Shown here: one piece after another, positions 62,031-64,000 of the stretch
How positions within the stretch are numbered: the stretch's first letter is position 1
Layout of the letters: each line of letters begins with the position of its first letter
Assembly: GCA_963676795.2 (NCBI GenBank)
Contig: CAXXTB010000002.1
Location: forward strand, 608,001-672,000
Reading direction: 5' to 3'
Length of the DNA: 64,000 bases
From: Geopsychrobacteraceae bacterium
Lineage (GTDB): Bacteria > Desulfobacterota > Desulfuromonadia > Desulfuromonadales > Geopsychrobacteraceae
Notes under the pieces: model-generated
Database searches by the model: none
Told to the model about the DNA's origin: nothing
The model's input: only the letters and a program-made list of their open reading frames with translations
Translations under genes and position numbers: made by a program

Positions 62031-62468
62031 ATGTCTTTGCAAACAACCGCAACCACTGCCTCCGCCGGACCTCCCGACCTTTACGGGCTGGTCTCTCTTG
62101 GTATCTATGTTCTGATCGCAACGGGAGTGATCCTGGTGCTGCTGCTTCTGGCGCGTTTCCTGGGGAGCAGAACTCACTCCGCCCAAAAGGACGCGCCTTA
62201 CGAATCGGCCGTCGATCCGACTGGGGATGCCCGGCTGCGTCAGCCGGTGCCGTTCTATCTGGTCGCGATCTTTTTCATTGTTTTTGATGTCGAGGCCGTC
62301 TTTGTTGTCTCCTGGGCAGTCGCCTATGACCTGCTCGGCTGGGTCGGCTTCTGGCAGATCACCTTCTTTATTTTCATTCTCTTTTTAGGTCTGCTCTATC
62401 TGTGGAAGATGGGTGGTCTTGACTGGGGATCTCAACCACCCCGTTCGCGCCAAGGGAGTAGCCGATGA
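62031..62468 (+). CDS. nuoA: NADH-quinone oxidoreductase subunit A
   Basis: [23 protein letters not shown]. Confidence 0.93.
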   Translation: MSLQTTATTASAGPPDLYGLVSLGIYVLIATGVILVLLLLARFLGSRTHSAQKDAPYESAVDPTGDARLRQPVPFYLVAIFFIVFDVEAVFVVSWAVAYDLLGWVGFWQITFFIFILFLGLLYLWKMGGLDWGSQPPRSRQGSSR

Positions 62469-64000
62469 GCGAGAAACTGCCTCAGGGTGTGCTCCTGACC
62501 AAAGCGGACGACCTGATCAACTGGGGGCGCAAGAACAGCCTCTGGCCGATGTTCTTTGGTCTGTCCTGCTGCTTCGTCGAGATGATGACCAGTATGACGC
62601 CGCGTTTCGACCTGGCCCGCTTCGGTGCCGAGGTCCTGCGTGGTACCCCGCGCGAGTCGGATGTCATGATCGTCTCCGGAACGCCGTTCAAAAAGATGGG
62701 GGCATCGATCCTGCGCGTCTACGAACAGATGCCGAATCCGAAATGGGTCATCGCCATGGGCAGCTGCGCCAATTCCGGTGGCATGTATGATGTCTACAGT
62801 GTCATTCAGGGGGTCAACCAGATCCTGCCGGTCGACATCTATATTCCGGGCTGTCCGCCGCGCCCTGAGGCCTTTCTGCAGGGATTGATCGAGCTGCAGA
62901 AGAAGATTGCCGCCGAAGAGCAGCCGACCCGCAAGGTTCTCGGCATGCAGGGCGGCAGTGAAGGGACGACCGTCGACCCGCTGATCGATGGCGTGACTAA
63001 AAGCCGCGATACCCGGGGTCCCGGTTACGGTAACAGCCCGATCCGCGGCACCGCCCAGACACCTCCGGCGTTTCCTTTTAATCGCGCAAAGAATGTCTGG
63101 ACGCCGGAACAGACCAAGCAGCTGTTCCCGGATACGACGGAAACTCTCTATCGCGAGGTGTTGGAGAAGTTTGCCGGGCGGGTCGAGATCGATCCTCTGG
63201 CCGCCGACATGCCGGTTTTGACCTGTCCGCCTGAGCTGATCAATGATTTGATGCAGTTCCTCAAGCATGACGCGACGACCCACTATCGCCGTCTGGAGGA
63301 TCTGACAGCGGTCGATGAGCGCTATCGCTCAGCCCCACCAGATCATCAGTTCACCATCGTCTACCATTTGCTCAACTTTTCTGCGCCGGGCTATCTGCGC
63401 GTCAAGGTCCCTCTCAAAGGGGAGTATCCTGAAGTTCCTTCAATCACCAGGATCTGGCCTTCGGCTGACTGGTATGAGCGTGAAGCCTACGACATGTTCG
63501 GTATTCGTTTTACCGGCCACCCAAACCTGCGGCGGATCCTGATGCCCAATAACTGGCCGGGCCACCCGCTGCGCAAGGAGCATCCGTCGCGGGCGACTGA
63601 GATGCCGCCGTTCACCGAGGAAACGGCGCTTGAATACGTGCCGCTCGAAGGGGATAAGCTGGTTCCCCTCGAGGGTGCGGATGACGGCAGCATGGTGCTC
63701 AACCTGGGGCCGCACCATCCTGGGACCCACGGCGTTTTGCGCCTGGTGCTGCGCATGCATGGCGAGTCGGTCTCCGATATCGACATCGATCTCGGTTATC
63801 ACCATCGTGGCGCGGAAAAGATCGGCGAGCGCCAGCACTGGTCGCAGTTTATCCCCTATACCGACCGGATCGACTACCTCTCCGGGGTGCAGAACAATCT
63901 GGCCTATCTCAACTCCCTTGAAACCCTGCTGAACGTCAAGGTCCCTCCGCGCGCCGAGTACGCCAGGGTGATGCTCTGCGAACTGTTCCGTCTCTCCAAC
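62465..64000 (+). CDS. nuoBCD: NADH-quinone oxidoreductase fused subunit B/C/D (truncated at the window end)
   Basis: One frame from ATG 62465 carries NuoB ([17 protein letters not shown]), NuoC ([20 protein letters not shown]) and NuoD ([12 protein letters not shown]) motifs. Confidence 0.92.
   Translation, partial: MSEKLPQGVLLTKADDLINWGRKNSLWPMFFGLSCCFVEMMTSMTPRFDLARFGAEVLRGTPRESDVMIVSGTPFKKMGASILRVYEQMPNPKWVIAMGSCANSGGMYDVYSVIQGVNQILPVDIYIPGCPPRPEAFLQGLIELQKKIAAEEQPTRKVLGMQGGSEGTTVDPLIDGVTKSRDTRGPGYGNSPIRGTAQTPPAFPFNRAKNVWTPEQTKQLFPDTTETLYREVLEKFAGRVEIDPLAADMPVLTCPPELINDLMQFLKHDATTHYRRLEDLTAVDERYRSAPPDHQFTIVYHLLNFSAPGYLRVKVPLKGEYPEVPSITRIWPSADWYEREAYDMFGIRFTGHPNLRRILMPNNWPGHPLRKEHPSRATEMPPFTEETALEYVPLEGDKLVPLEGADDGSMVLNLGPHHPGTHGVLRLVLRMHGESVSDIDIDLGYHHRGAEKIGERQHWSQFIPYTDRIDYLSGVQNNLAYLNSLETLLNVKVPPRAEYARVMLCELFRLSN

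Overview
Chromosomal window from a GC-rich bacterium, probably Desulfuromonadales/Geobacter-like. This is inferred from the nuoBCD fusion, the hisZ-purA-tRNA layout and the orphan CheV and PAS sensors. About 50 CDS and 6 tRNAs (fMet, 2x Lys-TTT, 3x Glu-TTC). Housekeeping genes include purT, lplA, selU/mnmH, pepA, rimK, corA, hisZ, purA, rnhA and nuoA-BCD. No integrase, transposase, rRNA or CRISPR array was seen. Most interesting signals: (1) an unannotated 16-codon leader ORF with a cascade of mutually exclusive helices upstream of an rsgA GTPase, a candidate ribosome-sensing attenuator; (2) a two-component system, a Met-rich secreted peptide and two tandem secreted MsrAB genes, a candidate periplasmic methionine oxidant sink; (3) a structured repeat with covarying stems after every tRNA-Glu, where the tRNA copies also bound two accessory blocks (a TTT transporter/MmgE-PrpD island and a cheV/sucrose-synthesis/ada block); (4) a duplicated DnaA-box cluster with no dnaA in the window, next to an unannotated 58-aa winged-helix gene. 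All functional calls come from motif recognition by eye; no database searches or folding programs were run.
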